From Ramazzottius varieornatus (lineage: Eukaryota > Animalia > Tardigrada): DNA of 64,000 nt. The translations under genes and the position numbers were made by a program. The stretch lies in the NCBI GenBank assembly GCA_001949185.1, contig BDGG01000006.1:974827-1038826 (forward strand), written 5' to 3'. Of this stretch, positions 1 to 13,290 are shown in pieces (position 1 is the first letter of the stretch; each line of letters starts with the position of its first letter). Under the pieces are notes generated by a model. The model was given only the letters and a program-made list of their open reading frames with translations. It was not told the origin of the DNA and ran no database searches.

Positions 1-605
1 GATTTCTGAACTAAACAACTGGAATGATTTTTTAGCAAAATGATTTAATGGTTATCTGATTGCCCTACATTTTTAACTTGAACAAATTTATTTGAATTTG
101 ATAACTTTCCGTGATATCTTTTTGTCACCAAGTCTTCTTGTTTTCTGCCCGAGTTTGCCTCGTGGTACGGAGTGTGGGATAGTCCTCTGACTTCCTGTCT
201 TTTATTTGTTTGGCAACTACAGTACCATTTTTCCTGAAATTGAAATCGTGGAACCATCAAAACTGTTGCTCCATCTGCGATCTTGGCCGCCAGAGGTCCG
301 TAGCAGTTCAGCCTTCAGGTTCAGGGTAGGGTTCTTACCCCGCAGAGCCTTTTTTGCTGTATGACCACGCAGTAGCATCTTAGAACATGCTTCGTTGAAA
401 GTCGCCTAGAAAAAACTGCTCTTTTTTTTTAATTACTATGTACCTTCTTCGACACTTTACGAATACTATTACTCTATCGCGCGTGTTATGTTATGAAGCT
501 CTCGTTTTTTACCAGTTGTTTTCCTCGCTTTTTTGAGTCTTTTCTTCTCACGAATTGTGTTGATCTAACTACTTTGTATTGATAATTTTTACTTGGTTTG
601 TTTAG

Positions 606-3268
606 TGGACGACAGAGGGCGACCTGCAAGAGCTGGTGGAAGGTTGCGGCATCCACGACCTTTTCGAGATTCGCATCCACGAAAATCGTTCCAATGGACA
701 GTCTAAAGGTTTTGCCATGATCACCGTCGGGTCCGAAGCTTCGTCACAATACCTTCAAGCCGAACTACCCAAAAAGTACGTCCAAAGAAAAGTTTCTAAC
801 ATCGGCAAATGAACTGGGCGTTCTCTTTACCTCAAGTGGTGCACGTCCTCGTTGTAATGGGCCTAGGGTGTGCGCCACGTGGTAAAACGATCATGTACAA
901 GTCATATCTGCCGATGTCTCATCTACTTTTTTGTTTCCGCCCTCTGAACTTTTCGATCCAGCTGTCAAAATGTTCGGTCGCTTATTCTTATTCGTTTTTG
1001 CGTGCTTATAAGTGCTCTATTTCAGTGAGTAAAACAAGGTTCTCCCACTCGTTTATTAGGGCTGGTATCAACTTCCGGTCCGTAATCCGACTTCAATTTC
1101 CGTTCTAATGATAATTTTAATTCCTCTTTTCCAGGTCGATGCACGATCAGAGTCCCATCTGTGTCCCCTTCAGTCGCCAAGCACTCCAGACCTTCGACGC
1201 ACAAGCCAGGAAGAATGAGAGCGGAAGTGGGCGCGGTGGCCCAGGTGGCGGAGATGTGAATGGCGGAGGTCTTGGTCGCGGACCTGGGATGATGCGCGAC
1301 GGACCAGGCGGCATGCCCAACCGCGGAGGGATGATCAACGGTATGCAGAACGGCGCTGGACCGATGCGCGTTCCTATGCCCGGCATGGGCGGCATGGCTG
1401 CCATGCGAGCTGGCTTCCCCCGAATGCCGATGCCTGGGATGCCCGGGATGCCCAGGTTCCCGCCTGGCATGCTCCCTCCCGGCATGATGCGACCGGGAAT
1501 GGGTATGATGGGTCGACCTCCGTTCCCCGGCATGGTAAGAAGGGACGAATTTAGCGAAAAATATCTTTGTCGAACTACCAGCTGTCCTCGTAAAATCTGA
1601 AATGAAATATCTCGAAATTGAAAATGCATCTCAGGACTCAGGCAAACAAACTCGAAAAGATCGTCTCTTCAAGTTGCGCATGCTCTGAGTGTTATTGGCT
1701 GAGAGCGTGCGCCACTTTGAAACTCAGCAGATCGTTCCTCCGAGTGGCACAGGCTCTCCACCAGTAGAACCGGAGATGTGCGCCAGTTGGGAATGGGATT
1801 TGAGTGGCGTACGCTTTTATCCAGGGACACCGGCGACGTGCGCCACCTGGGATAATAATACTGTCCAGTTTGTCGCCGAGTTTTTGAATACGTTTTGATC
1901 TGGCGGCCGAAATGTTTATGTTTCGGAAATCTGTTCGACAAATCATCTCTGGAGCAGGACTGATGTTTTCTCGTAGATGAGACCAGATCGTCCGATGGGG
2001 ATGGGTGGCGAGTGGCCAGATGCGTCTGGTGGTGGAGCTTTTGGGTTCCCCGGTGCGGCAGCCATGGCGCGGATGCAAGGCATGGCTGCAGCTGGCTTAC
2101 CTGCTCCCCACGTCAACCCGGCCTTCTTTGCTGGTCAACTTGCTCAGCAGTCTGTCGGAAACTCAGAGTAAGTAGGGTTAACAATGGTAGTTTTAGGGGG
2201 TGTTTTTTCGACCACCAATGTGACCTGTGACGTTCACTATCAAATTTGACCAAATACCTTTTCTAGTAATTTTTCGGACAGAGCCAGCGAGATGGGAGGT
2301 TCAGCTGTGGCTGTGTCAACACTTTTGCCTGGTTCGGAAGAGTTCGAAACGTTGGTGGGGCAAATGAAGCAAGTGGCCAGTAATGCCATAGCCAAGGCCG
2401 TCTCGGACGCTCGCAACGGTACAGAACCGAGATTTCCTTCATCTATCTGGACCGTATACATCTGTGGATGTGTTGGTGATTGTGTTGCATTTTCAGATCC
2501 GGCCGGAGCAGCAGAAAAGCTGGATAGTGCGCTGCTGACGATCCGGGCTTCGAAGGTGGCCGACGATGAGCGAGTACAGAAGGAAATTCGAAGACTGGAA
2601 GAGACTGTCAGTGACTTGGGCGATTCCAAAGACATTGGGTCAGTAAGACCGTAGTGAACAATTAGTGCTTAGCAGATGGTGTGACGAGGTGATGTTGTAG
2701 ACTGTGGATTTTTTAAGTTCTTGTCCTAACGCAACTGTAGAACAATACTGATAAGTTTGCAAGTATTCTTTTACAGTTGAACAATATTTGAAAATACGGA
2801 ATTTATCTTCCAACTGTAAAATTCTAGAACGATTTACTGTTCAGAAACGTATTTTGAAACAGTGAATCGTCTACAGTAGACACTTTTAAAGATGCATTTC
2901 TTGAGTTCACGTGGAAAAAGTTTGGGAGTAAGCCGAGTGTTGAACAGCGTCGAACTTGTCTTTTTCTTTGCAGACGTAACGGTGATCGCGACCGTTCGAG
3001 AGATCGTTCACGAGACCGCGATCGAGACCGAGATTCGCGTCGAGATCGTGACAGGAGAGACCGCAGCCGGTACGTGATTTCCTTTTCCTGAATCCTCATT
3101 AATGTTTCATTTAGCTAGTAAACTAAATTTCCGTGTAGGAGTCGCGACCGTAGGCGTCATAGCAGCCGTGATCGTGAACGGGATCGTAGCCGAGAGCGAA
3201 GACGCGAACGGGATCGCGAGCGAGACAGCGACCGTGACAGGGACCGCGATCGACGTCGCCGCAGCTGA
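606..3268 (+). CDS. CPSF6: Cleavage and polyadenylation specificity factor 6/7 (CFIm large subunit), spliced, 5' end outside window
   Basis: Exon 606-775 encodes RRM WTTEGDLQELVEGCGIHDLFEIRIHENRSNGQSKGFA; exon 1135-1534 SMHDQSPICVPFSRQALQTF plus G/P/M-rich tract; PHVNPAFF; EEFETL..ASNAIAKAVSDA..IRASKVADDER; RD/RS-rich tail ending TGA 3266-3268; GT-AG introns. Confidence 0.9.
834..880. repeat. AAGTGGCGCAC-N25-GTGCGCCACTT palindrome, 1 unit (CPSF6 intron)
   Basis: Arms 834-844 / 870-880, spacer 25. Confidence 0.85.
1671..1848. repeat. N25 palindrome, 3 units (CPSF6 intron)
   Basis: Left arms 1671, 1742, 1802; all spacers 25. Confidence 0.9.
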
Positions 3269-3468
3269 ACACACAGAAGAAATTTCCCTCACATTACCCC
3301 CGAGAAATTTTACCTGCTCGCTATACATTTCTCTCTTTGTCGAAGAACCACTTTTTCCATATTTCTCTGTAGTATAAACTGAACCTGCTTTTGGGCTCTG
3401 GGTATTATTTTTTATCACTGGAAGAGATACGTGTCGTATTTGGGACGTCGGCGAATGAACCGTTGCCC

Positions 3469-3600
3469 AATTAGCGCATGCTTTCAGCCAGTGGCACTGA
3501 CAACATGCGCCACTTGAAAGGAAACAGTCAAGCGCGTCATGACTGTGTTTTTCCCAAGTGGCACACTTTCTCCGTCAACAGGACCGAACAGTCGCCTTGG
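3469..3600. repeat. N25 palindrome, 1 unit plus degenerate unit (intergenic)
   Basis: Arms 3469-3479 / 3505-3515; extra left arm 3556. Confidence 0.75.
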
Positions 3601-3852
3601 GGAAAGTGATCTGGGTGAAATTATTTTCCTTTGCCGTATCTATCCGACAGAGATTGAGTCACATGACTCTTGTTTGTCCTTCTCGCCTCCTCACGCTATC
3701 TAAAGGCTGTAATGGCTTCTTGGCAGAAATTACTTGTGTAGGTCTTCCGCTGAGACTAACAGCAATCATTACTCGTCGTTTCCTATGGTGGAGGAAGGTC
3801 GAAGCTTGACGTCAGCGGGTAATCAAAAAGTTGTTGCGTAAGATTTCCGCTT

Positions 3853-4536
3853 ATGGCGACAAATTTGATATTCGCTATCCACGTTGTACTACTTTGCCGT
3901 GCACGAGTGCTGTCCTCATTCGTCACTGACAAGGGAGACAGTCTTTATAGATGGCCTGCAACAGTAAGTAGCCTTGATAGTCTGAAGTGTTTCAACCTCG
4001 TAAATCATGATGTCATGGACATGGCAGTAAAAATCGTCAAAAATGTCAGAAATTTCACCAGCCGCAAAGGGCGTTCACCGAGGTTGGTTCGCTGTAGGCG
4101 GAGTTCTTTTAACAGAGAAAACCGCGGACAGGCCGCGAAGTACCGGTGCGCCAGATTTATTGAGTATCAGCACTACTCGTCAAGTCGCGCAGTGCGTCAA
4201 ACCGCGATGATGTCAGGCGAGTGTAAATTTGTCGAATCGCTGCAAGATTTGATACCAAGTCCTTACCAAGGCAAGAATCGAAGTTTCTGGAATGGACTGT
4301 CATTTCGATCGATGGAGGAATCCATGATCCATTCTCTTAACTGCACGACGGCCTGTCCCCATTATTCCATAGCCGCGATGATCGATAAGAAGGCGGTGAA
4401 CTCGAGTGAAGATTCATTCTTGAGCATTGCGCGAGCGACCTTCATTTCGGCGAAGCTCTTCCTAAGCAACGTTTCCGTCATCCAAACATTATACGTTGAC
4501 GCACGAGAAGAAACTATTGCTTTGATATACGCCTGA
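3853..4536 (+). CDS. Hypothetical single-exon ORF, 227 aa, unknown function
   Basis: ATG-initiated ORF with hydrophobic N-terminus in the CPSF6-GLUT intergenic region; no recognisable motif. Confidence 0.25.
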   Translation: MATNLIFAIHVVLLCRARVLSSFVTDKGDSLYRWPATVSSLDSLKCFNLVNHDVMDMAVKIVKNVRNFTSRKGRSPRLVRCRRSSFNRENRGQAAKYRCARFIEYQHYSSSRAVRQTAMMSGECKFVESLQDLIPSPYQGKNRSFWNGLSFRSMEESMIHSLNCTTACPHYSIAAMIDKKAVNSSEDSFLSIARATFISAKLFLSNVSVIQTLYVDAREETIALIYA

Positions 4537-5062
4537 CCCTGGTTCCGGGTTTTTTCTCCTGTAGTAATCTCGTGCACAACCATCTTGTTCATCTTGTAAT
4601 ACCAGAAAACTGTAGCTTGGCGGAAGAGCCAGTTTCTCCGTGATGAGTTGAACAAGCTCCGCCTGACGGCGAATTTATCGAAATTTAGTATTGGTCCTTT
4701 AAGGGCGCGTGTGTTGGGAAGGAGGAGTTACCACTGACGTCATTCGTCAGTGCAGGAAGTAGTTTTATAAAGAGCACAGCGGAATTTTACCACAGCGCAT
4801 TCTTCGTGTATCTTTGATAGCTGACTGAGTGATAATCTGACGAGTTGATCAACGTTAGCCGTGGCTAAATTTGTACCTTCCAGCCATCTTGTTCTGTGTG
4901 CCAAGGGTGTTGTGCACAACTTGACGTCTGGCGAAGTGGAACAACAAGTCGCGGAATAAAAGGGAGCAATTAACGCGCGAGCTGACCGGAAGTCGCTTTC
5001 TGGCCTACTTTCTTCTTGCAAATGAATCCCGGACAGTAGCTGCTGATAGCTCATAAACAAGA

Positions 5063-8000
5063 ATGAAGGTATGTTTGTGCGTGTGAGTCTATTTGACAGT
5101 CAAGTTTTACGGCGCTGATAAGATAGGCCGGGACTGCCCTATGCGATTCAGGATTGCGAACGACTTTGATTGTTGATTGACAGGGTGTTGTCATTATGGT
5201 TGCAGGAGGGAGTCACGAAACCCTTGGCGCTGGCCATCTTTGCAGCGGCCTTTGGGTCATCCTTACTCTTCGGATGGAATATCGGAGTCATCAACCAACC
5301 CCAAAATGTACGCCGTAGAGGTTTGGGAATTGATGCTGACCGCTAAATTTTATCCACCACCGCCTAAAATAAGATTGTTTTCGCAAGTGACGCATGTTGT
5401 CAGTGACATGGGCTGCTGCCGTGCGCCACTTGGGAAAATGATCTCATTCCTTTCATTCCTCAAGTTGCGCACATTTCCACTGTGGTTGGTTAGGACAGTG
5501 CGCCAAGATGATGTGGTCGACTGCGTTTGTCGAGCTCCCGTTTATCGTATTTTTGGGCGTTATTTTCCCAAGGAATATTTTTGTAATCTTTTTTGATTTT
5601 GAGCGAACGTGTGTCAATGTTGGGGGCAGCTCGTGTGTGTTTGTAGGTCATGGGACATTGGATCCGCGATGTGAAATGCAAGCGGTTGATGGATGCGGAT
5701 GCTCCTCGAGATGACACGTACGAAAAATGGTGCGATAAGAGGCCGGTAGAGAACGACACCATAAAGATGTATCCCCCTGACCAGGCACCCAAGAACGAGA
5801 TTGATCCTGGCTTCGGGGATGTCGCTCCGAATCCAGACCTCAACGCACTATGGTCCTTCATCGTGGCCATTTTCGCCATTGGCGGCCTCATCGGCGCCTT
5901 GGCTTCCGGCTGGCTGGTTACTAAATACGGCAGGTAAGTTCCTGTATTTTTCACAGTTACTGTCAAAAGTAATAAGCTAAAAAGTATTCTTTGCAAATTT
6001 GAAACCACAGTTAGGAGAATATCATGTAACAAGGCTGGCCTGCATTCAGAAGCTCATTTCCCTCACCTGCATACATGCAGGCGTCTATATCAATTGGCCC
6101 GGAAGTATGTAGGTTTGTGAAAGTGTCTGATTGGCTTTGCGGCTGGTTCGTCGCACACCTGCATACAATGGGCTGTATGTGCAGACTGCCTGTCACGTAT
6201 GCATGTGCGTGTCGCTCTTATTTTGTTCGCTGATCTTCCAGCTCATGTTTCCATTGCAGGAAAGGTACGTTGATGATGAACACAGGCTTGGGCCTGATCG
6301 CCGTGGCATTGCTGGCTTTCCCGTACCTGGCCAGGTCCTACGAGATGCTCTTCGTTGGGCGTTTCCTGATGGGTGTCAACTGCGGCATCAACTCGGGTAT
6401 CCCGGCCATGTACTTCTCGGAGATCTCCCCTCTTCACCTTCGCGGTGCCATCGGTTCACTCCATCAGCTCTTCATCACCATCGGCATCTTCCTCTCTAGC
6501 ATCTTCGGCCTGTATCCCATCCTGGGATCGGAGGACTTGTGGCCGGTGCTCTTCGCTTTGGCCGTAGTTCCCATTATCGTCCAACTGATGACGCTGCCCC
6601 TCGTGCCGGAAAGCCCCAAGTATCTCTACTTGGATAAAGGAGACGAAGCAGCCGCCCAACGAGGTAAGGAATAATTGGCAATAATAATTGGAATAATTGC
6701 TTTCTCCATTGGCGCACGTTCTCAGTGTGATTAGTTGAAAATGTGCGCCGCTTGCAAAAACGATTCTGACAAGTTTTCCCAAGTGGCGCACTCCTCTGTT
6801 GTTTTTGGGTGAAAGCGGGTGTCACTCAGAGGGACCGTCTTCTGGAGTTTGCTTCCATTATTTTGGTTACAAAATAACTCGCACGACCATTTTTATTGAA
6901 ACTGTTTTTCAGACAATCGAATGGTTTTCAAATGATAAAATTATTGAGATTTTGTTTTTCAGCCCTGGCCAAGTTTCGCGGAACCGAGGATAACCATGAG
7001 GAAATGGCCGAAATGAAGAAGGAAAGTGATCAGATCAAGAGCGAACCCAAAGTGACCATCCGCGATGTCTTCACCAACAAGTTCCTCCGAAAGGTGACCA
7101 TCATTGCCATCTTGCTGATGGTCATGCAACAGTTTTCCGGCATCAACGCGGTACGATTCAAGATCTCAAGACTCTGCTACTTTCATCTCGCGGTTTTACA
7201 GGCGCTTTATCCATTCCTCTTACAGATCATGTTTTACTCAACCAGGATCTTCAACAGCTGCGGCTTGACTGCCGAGGCCGCTTCGTACGCTACCATCGGT
7301 CTGAACGCCGTCAACGTGGCCATGACTCTAGTATCGGTGGTGTTGGTGGAGAAAGCAGGGCGCAAAACCTTGCTGTTGGTAGGCTTCATCGGCATGGGCG
7401 CCAGCATGGTCCTCTTGGCCGTCTTCATGTTGCAAACGGTAAAGTTTCGCTCTCGAGAGCCACCATTGAATGAAAACTTAGATGGACAGACTCGACGACA
7501 TCGTTTCCCAAGTAGCGCATTCCCTAGCCAGTAACAAGAGAGAGGTGCGCCACTTGAGGAATACTCCTGTCGGGTTTCTTTTCCAAGTGGCGCACGCTTT
7601 CAGTGTTGTTGTCCGGAAGCGTGCGCCACTTGTTAAGGTTATTCTGTCGAGTTGGGTTGCCGACCTTTCAAGTACCCGTATTGCGGTTCAAGCTCAGCCG
7701 CCGATCAGATTCCAATCATCAACTTGATACTTCCGAACAAGGATGTTTCAGCATGATTGTTGTCGTTATAGGGCGCGGGTAAAGTCAGCGAGACAGAGCC
7801 GATTGTGGAGAACCCGCGCAAAGTTTGGGCGGCTCCCCTCAGTGCAGTCATGGTGTTCCTCGGTGTAATTTTCTTCGCCACTGGACCGGGTAAACTACAT
7901 CGTTAATCTCTACCCCGAATTTCGCAGAACACCGAGGGAAAATAAAGTCATTTGATCGTGGTTTTATGATGACAGGATCCGTGCCGTGGTTCATGATATC

Positions 8001-8511
8001 CGAGATGGTGCCGCAGTCATCCCGCGGTATCGCCACAAGCTTGGCTGTCGGTACCAACTGGCTCTGCACTTTCATCGTTGGCCAAGCTTTCCCACCCTTA
8101 CAGGTACGGGTGAACGAAGTTTCGCCATATTGGAAACCAAATTGTGAAAATAGAAATAGCAAAATTTATTTTCGTTCAAACTGAGACCTCGACAAACAAA
8201 GACGACAAGATCGCTTTCCCAAGTAGCGTGGGCTTCCAGCTAATAATACCAAAAACGCGCGCCACTTGCTGGAATCTTGTCGAGTTGGGTTACCGAGCTT
8301 CCAAATATGGTCGAGCTTTTTCCCTTCACGTTTGATTTGACTATTTGCTCTTGAGATGCAAATGGTTTTGCAGGAAGCGTTGAAGGAGAACGTCTTCTTC
8401 GTCTTTGCGAGCATCCTGGCTTTATCGGCACTCTACACATGGAAATTCGTACCGGAAACCAAAGGCAAGACGCTGGAGCAAGTTCGAGCCGAACTTCAGC
8501 AGACCCTATAG
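5063..8511 (+). CDS. Facilitated glucose transporter (SLC2A/GLUT class I-like, MFS sugar porter), spliced
   Basis: FGWNIGVINQP, WSFIVAIFAIGGLIG, KYGR/K, GRFLMGVNCG, EISPLHLRG, PESPKYL, QQFSGINA, EKAGRKTLLL, GPGSVPWFMISE, VPETKGKT; probable micro first exon ATGAAG|gt at 5063-5068; stop TAG 8509-8511. Confidence 0.92.
5385..5508. repeat. N25 palindrome, 2 units (GLUT intron)
   Basis: Left arms 5385, 5462; spacers 25, 25. Confidence 0.85.
6707..6827. repeat. N25 palindrome, 2 units (GLUT intron)
   Basis: Left arms 6707, 6781; spacers 25, 25. Confidence 0.85.
7510..7631. repeat. N25 palindrome, 2 units (GLUT intron)
   Basis: Left arms 7510, 7585; spacers 24, 25. Confidence 0.9.
8221..8267. repeat. 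N25 palindrome, 1 unit (GLUT intron)
   Basis: Arms 8221 / 8257; spacer 25; full outer inverted flanks ~8183-8300. Confidence 0.88.
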
Positions 8512-9051
8512 GACTCGCGCAAAAGAAGATACTGCGCCGAGAACGTCCACACTCGCTTTTTGTTTTTTATCCCAGACTGCTTTTCTGAAGATGGACCCCA
8601 GTTTTTGTGTTACCTACCTGTCCTGTGGCCCGGAAATCTCTGGGTTCTCCTACTCTAGAGTCTAGACTCTCCTTTCGAAAAATTACTCAACTCCGTTTTG
8701 AACAACTCTCCTTCCTGTGTTACCTGTTCACTTAGTCCGCCAATACCAAATACTTGTTAGCGCATTTCGAAACACCGTCTTGGAAAGCTGACCCAAAATA
8801 ACTCTTTTATCTTCTTGTTATCCGTCTCTGTATTTTATTTCTTGTATTTTACTGAGCTACTAGATTATACCGCATAAAGCTCAGCCTCTCTTACAAACCA
8901 GCATTTAAAAGCCATACAAAAAGCGCGAGGCGAAAAAAATCAAACCAACCCTGAAGTTGCTCGAGGAGCTCAAAAAGCATTTCCGGACAATCCATCTAAA
9001 ATTACGAATCTATTCTGCTCGAAAACATTCTCACACAGCTGTTCCCCGTGC

Positions 9052-12000
9052 TCATTCCCACTCTGTCGTACCAGGAGGCTTACAGGTCAAGTCGTATAAC
9101 ACTCTTGAAACACCTCCGACTTCTGCCACGGATTGCGCCATCTTGATGACGACCTGTAACACAAGAAAACATAATTGTATGGTGAGCCGGGCGATTCAGA
9201 AGTCCACAGTACTTTGCCGGGGTGCACGCGCGGAGAAACTCCATGCGCGGTGAAATACTTTCTCCGCGCATCCACCCGCGGACTATGACGAGAGTTTCAC
9301 CGCGGGTGTACGCGCGGAGAAACTAGTTTTTCCGCGCATCCATGCGCGGTTTATAATGCACTTCATTGACCCAATGACGCGGAACATTTCGGAACGCACA
9401 GGATCGTTATCTCAAGTGGCGCACGTCGGTAGTAATACTGGCTGGAAGCATGCTCCAACTGGAACAACGATCTTATTACTCTCCCAAATAGCGCAGGTTG
9501 TCCGTGTTGCTGGCTGGAAACGTGCACCACTTGAGAACATGTTTTATGCGTTTCATTTGACGGCCTCCCATTCACTTCGGCCACTTTATTCAGCTTCGTC
9601 AAGTTACTTTACATGTTATACGAACCTCTTCAGGTAGATCCTGACCGGGTATGGCAGCTTTGCCGGTCATGAAGTCATTTGAAATGAAGGGCCGAAGGAC
9701 GACGGAATGCTTGCGGCCAGGGTACTGCGGGTCGACCGTGTCGACATCAAACTCGACCGGGATGAGGATGACGGGCATCTGGGCAATCTTCCTGTAGCAT
9801 CCACTGTCCCACAGAACCTGAAGAAACAACTCGCCATGAAGTGGACAGTTATCAGTATTCAAGGTTGAATGAATAAACAATATATACCTGCTGTGCAATG
9901 GCGTCGACCTCTTGAATTTTGGTAACCACATGGAAGGGTGTCAGCGTGGTCTCGGTAATAAATTCCACCTCGTAGATGATGCGAGGCCCGAATGCGTAGG
10001 CCACTCGACTGATGCTCTGACAAATGCGTGGAATCAACTCGGCTAGCCTGAAGAGTACTAACCAGGGGATTCTGGAGGACTCGTCGGTCGACAGAGCGGC
10101 CACGTGCTTGAAAGACCGACCATCACCCTGCATTGAAATCACAGCGCATTATAAAACTTAGAAAAAAACACTGGGTGTTGTAAATCTCCAGCAGGATACT
10201 CTTCTATCAAGAAGAAAAAACAAATCATTTCTACGTTGAATAATAAGAGCCAGCAGTAACTGCGTCGATGGCAAATGAGCTCAATCACATCACATTTCCA
10301 AGTGGCGCATGCTCTCGGCCACTAACTACGAGAGCTTGCACAACTTAAAATAACGAAATGCGTGTAATTATTTACCGACGTCTCAATTGTGGCAATATTC
10401 TACGCGGCATAAAATTAGCAGTTGATGGAGCAGGACTAACCTGGACACCGACAGAGCGGATAGGAAGAACATGACCGGCAATCTTGTGCTCCCTGGTGGC
10501 AGCCTCTAGAAAGGTAATTTCTTCGGGCGTCAGGCTTTGCTTCACGCTCTCATGCAGCACAGAAAGCTACAAAAAAAACACCTCATTAACCATCTCTTCG
10601 TCCATCGCGGTCAAACCGGATACATTTAAGATTGTGGAAGTAGAAATGGAAGGGAAGAAATGGCTTACATGCCAAACCGGGTCGCTGAATGAGCAGATGA
10701 TCCTGAGTAATATCACAGTGCGGTCGTAGTCGCGGGCCTTGTAGGGCTCGCTGGCGCAGATGACGCGGACAGCCAGGCCCGGACCGGGAAAGGGATGGCG
10801 GTACACCATCTCTTCCGGCAGACCTAAGTCCATCCCTAGTTTCCTCACTTCGTCCTTGTGGAAATCTTTCAGAGGTTCGATCACTAAACCCTGCAAATAC
10901 AAGTTGATATTTGATCAAAAGCCAGTAATTCACTTCGCAACCGCCAACGCCATAACAGTAAATCAATTCTACCTTGTCTCGAAGAAGTCTGACAAAGTTT
11001 GTGTCGTTGTGGTGCGTTTTGATGGCATCGGCTTTGTGACTGGCAATCTTTGAAGCACTTTCAATCAGGTCCGGCCGAAGAGTACCTAAAATTTTGAATA
11101 CATAGTTTTTGCAAATACCATTCAAAAACATCGCAGACAAAGGACACTACAAACGTCGTGATTTTCCAGTCTTCAGACGTACATCACTCACATGGGAGAG
11201 AACATTGTACCAGAACAATGACGGAGCATCGAGCGCCAGCGCAAACGTCTTTGCGCTACTGTTATGAGGCTTCGGTAAAAGGGAATATCGTACCTTGACA
11301 CAGTAGAACGTCCGTCATGTCGAGTTTCAGTTCGTCTTTGAGGACATGGTTGGCCAGCTCCATGAAGGTGTCTCCGATGATCTTCCTTTTTTCTTCCGGG
11401 TCGATGGTCTCGGACAAGGTTGGCGACATGACCGAAACGTACTCGGCTCCGTCGTCCTCTTCTGGTCTCCGACGCCTGGCGTAGTGAAAGCGCTCGCTGT
11501 AGTTCCTATCTGCAAACAAGAAACCTTTCTGTTACACCTGAAGAGTAGGAATGTGATTACGCGAGGGGGACTTTCGACTTTCAACTTACGTATCACATTC
11601 AGTCCAAGCTTGGACAAATTTTTCACCACTTCCTGCGACTCATTCTTCCGCATGAAACCATTGTCGATGTGAAGGACAATCAGCTTGTCTTTGGGCACTA
11701 CTTTCGACAGCAGGGCAGCACAAACGGTGCTGTCAACGCCACCGCTGGCTAAAAGCTGCAGTAAAGAAATGCGATCTATGTATTGCCAAAGACTGAGTGA
11801 TTTTAACAGAAGCTCGACAAGATCGCTTTCCCAAGTGGCGCACTCTATCGGCATTGCTGGCTGGAAGCGTGCACCACTTGGAAAAGCGGTCATCTGATTT
11901 TTCCAAGCGACGCATAGTTTCGGTTTAAGCGGCCATGAACATGCGCCACTTGAAAAATAATCTTATTGAGTTCGTTCGTCGAGCTCCAGTTTGCTCGCAT

Positions 12001-13290
12001 ATTTCAAAATTATCACTTACTAATACAGTTTTGTTCTTGATATTCGTCTTGAGGAAATGCAGGCATTCTTTCTCGCGTTCGTTCATCCGGAAATTCGGCT
12101 TGACTTCGGCGATATCAAAAAGAAAATTGGAAAATATCTGCGCGCCATTCGTGGTGAGATCGACTTCGGGATGGAACTGTAGTCCATATTTCTTATTCTT
12201 CTCATTGGCCAAACCTGAAAAAAAATTCGTGCGGACGGTCTTCTACATTGTTTTGGAGGTGGAAAATAATTTTCGCTTACCGACTACCAGTTCGTGGTAT
12301 TTCGCGATCACTTTGAGTTCAGCAGGAACAGGCGCAATGACGGAATCACCGTGGGTAAGAAGGACCTGCTGCTGCGTCTTAAGTTTCCTGCAAACAATAA
12401 ACCACAGAGCAGATGATAAGAACGTGGAAATCAGAGATAAGAAAGAGCAAGAGCGTACTTGAAAAGCGGGGAACTTTCATCGACGGCGACCTCTGTCTGG
12501 CCGTCATTCCTCCGCGAGGTCTTGGCGATGGTTCCTCCGTAGACCTTATTCAAAAGCTGAAAGCCATAGCATATCCCCAGGACAGGGACGGGAGAGTTAA
12601 ATATCTGAGCATCAAAGGAAAGGACGCCTTCGCCGTATACGGATGATGGTCCACCGGAAATGATTACTGCTCTGTAAAGACCTAAGATATTCCAATTGAA
12701 TTCAGACAAACACTTCCTGACGAACTTACTTGTATTTTTTCTCTAAAAGAACGGAAAGCGGAGTTTCTAGAGGTAGAATATCCGTGTAGACATTGAGTTC
12801 GCGTATCCTTCGATCGATAACCTGCAAAACGCAAAACGTTTTCTAGCAGTTGAACTGAATTCAGTAAAGCGACGCACAAAAACATCAAAAATCATCACTA
12901 CTCCTGAGCACGTGCGCAGCGTCTATTTGGTAACGCTGAAACAATCACGTGGCTGCACCCTTAATTTGAAACTAGACACTGGCGAATACTGAAAACGCGT
13001 TGATTGATCGGGGCCGAATCCACATTAGAGCAAATTGCTGTGTACCGAACTTCTCCGCATTGAGCAAGACTCACTTTGCCGTACTGGGATCCAGCGTCGA
13101 GAATGGCGACTTTATCCACGTTGTCCGAGGGAAGGAATCCATTGCCGTTGACGGGAAGGGTAGTTGTCGTAGCGATAGTCTTGGAGCCGACGTTGACTTC
13201 GACGGCGTCGCTTGATCTGCTGCCCACAACGGCGGCGTTCGGCGTCGACGTTGCCGAAGATGACCGGGATTTACCGGATAAAAAGCTCAT
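9052..13290 (-). CDS. GMPS: GMP synthase (glutamine-hydrolysing), spliced
   Basis: [90 protein letters not shown]-terminal [14 protein letters not shown]. Confidence 0.96.
9217..9349. repeat. GC-rich palindromic doublet (second palindrome family) in GMPS last intron
   Basis: Two copies of CCGCGGGTG.A.GCGCGGAGAAA...TTT.TCCGCGCATCCA..CGCGG at ~9217-9281 and ~9300-9349. Confidence 0.75.
9414..9532. repeat. N25 palindrome, 2 units, 72-bp period (GMPS intron)
   Basis: Left arms 9414, 9486; spacers and linker 25. Confidence 0.88.
10300..10346. repeat. N25 palindrome, 1 unit (GMPS intron)
   Basis: Arms 10300 / 10336; spacer 25. Confidence 0.75.
11833..11951. repeat. N25 palindrome, 2 units, 72-bp period (GMPS intron)
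   Basis: Left arms 11833, 11905; spacers and linker 25. Confidence 0.9.

Noticed and set aside
1147-1629. Antisense ORFs over CPSF6 and GPATCH1 (e.g. 1147-1629, 32608-33321)
   Set aside because: Shadow frames of low-complexity or long coding exons.
1669-1941. Recurrent ORF peptides such as SQVAH, KWRT, VRHL, CAT and RAPL across the ORF track
   Set aside because: They are translations of the palindrome arms, not a protein family.
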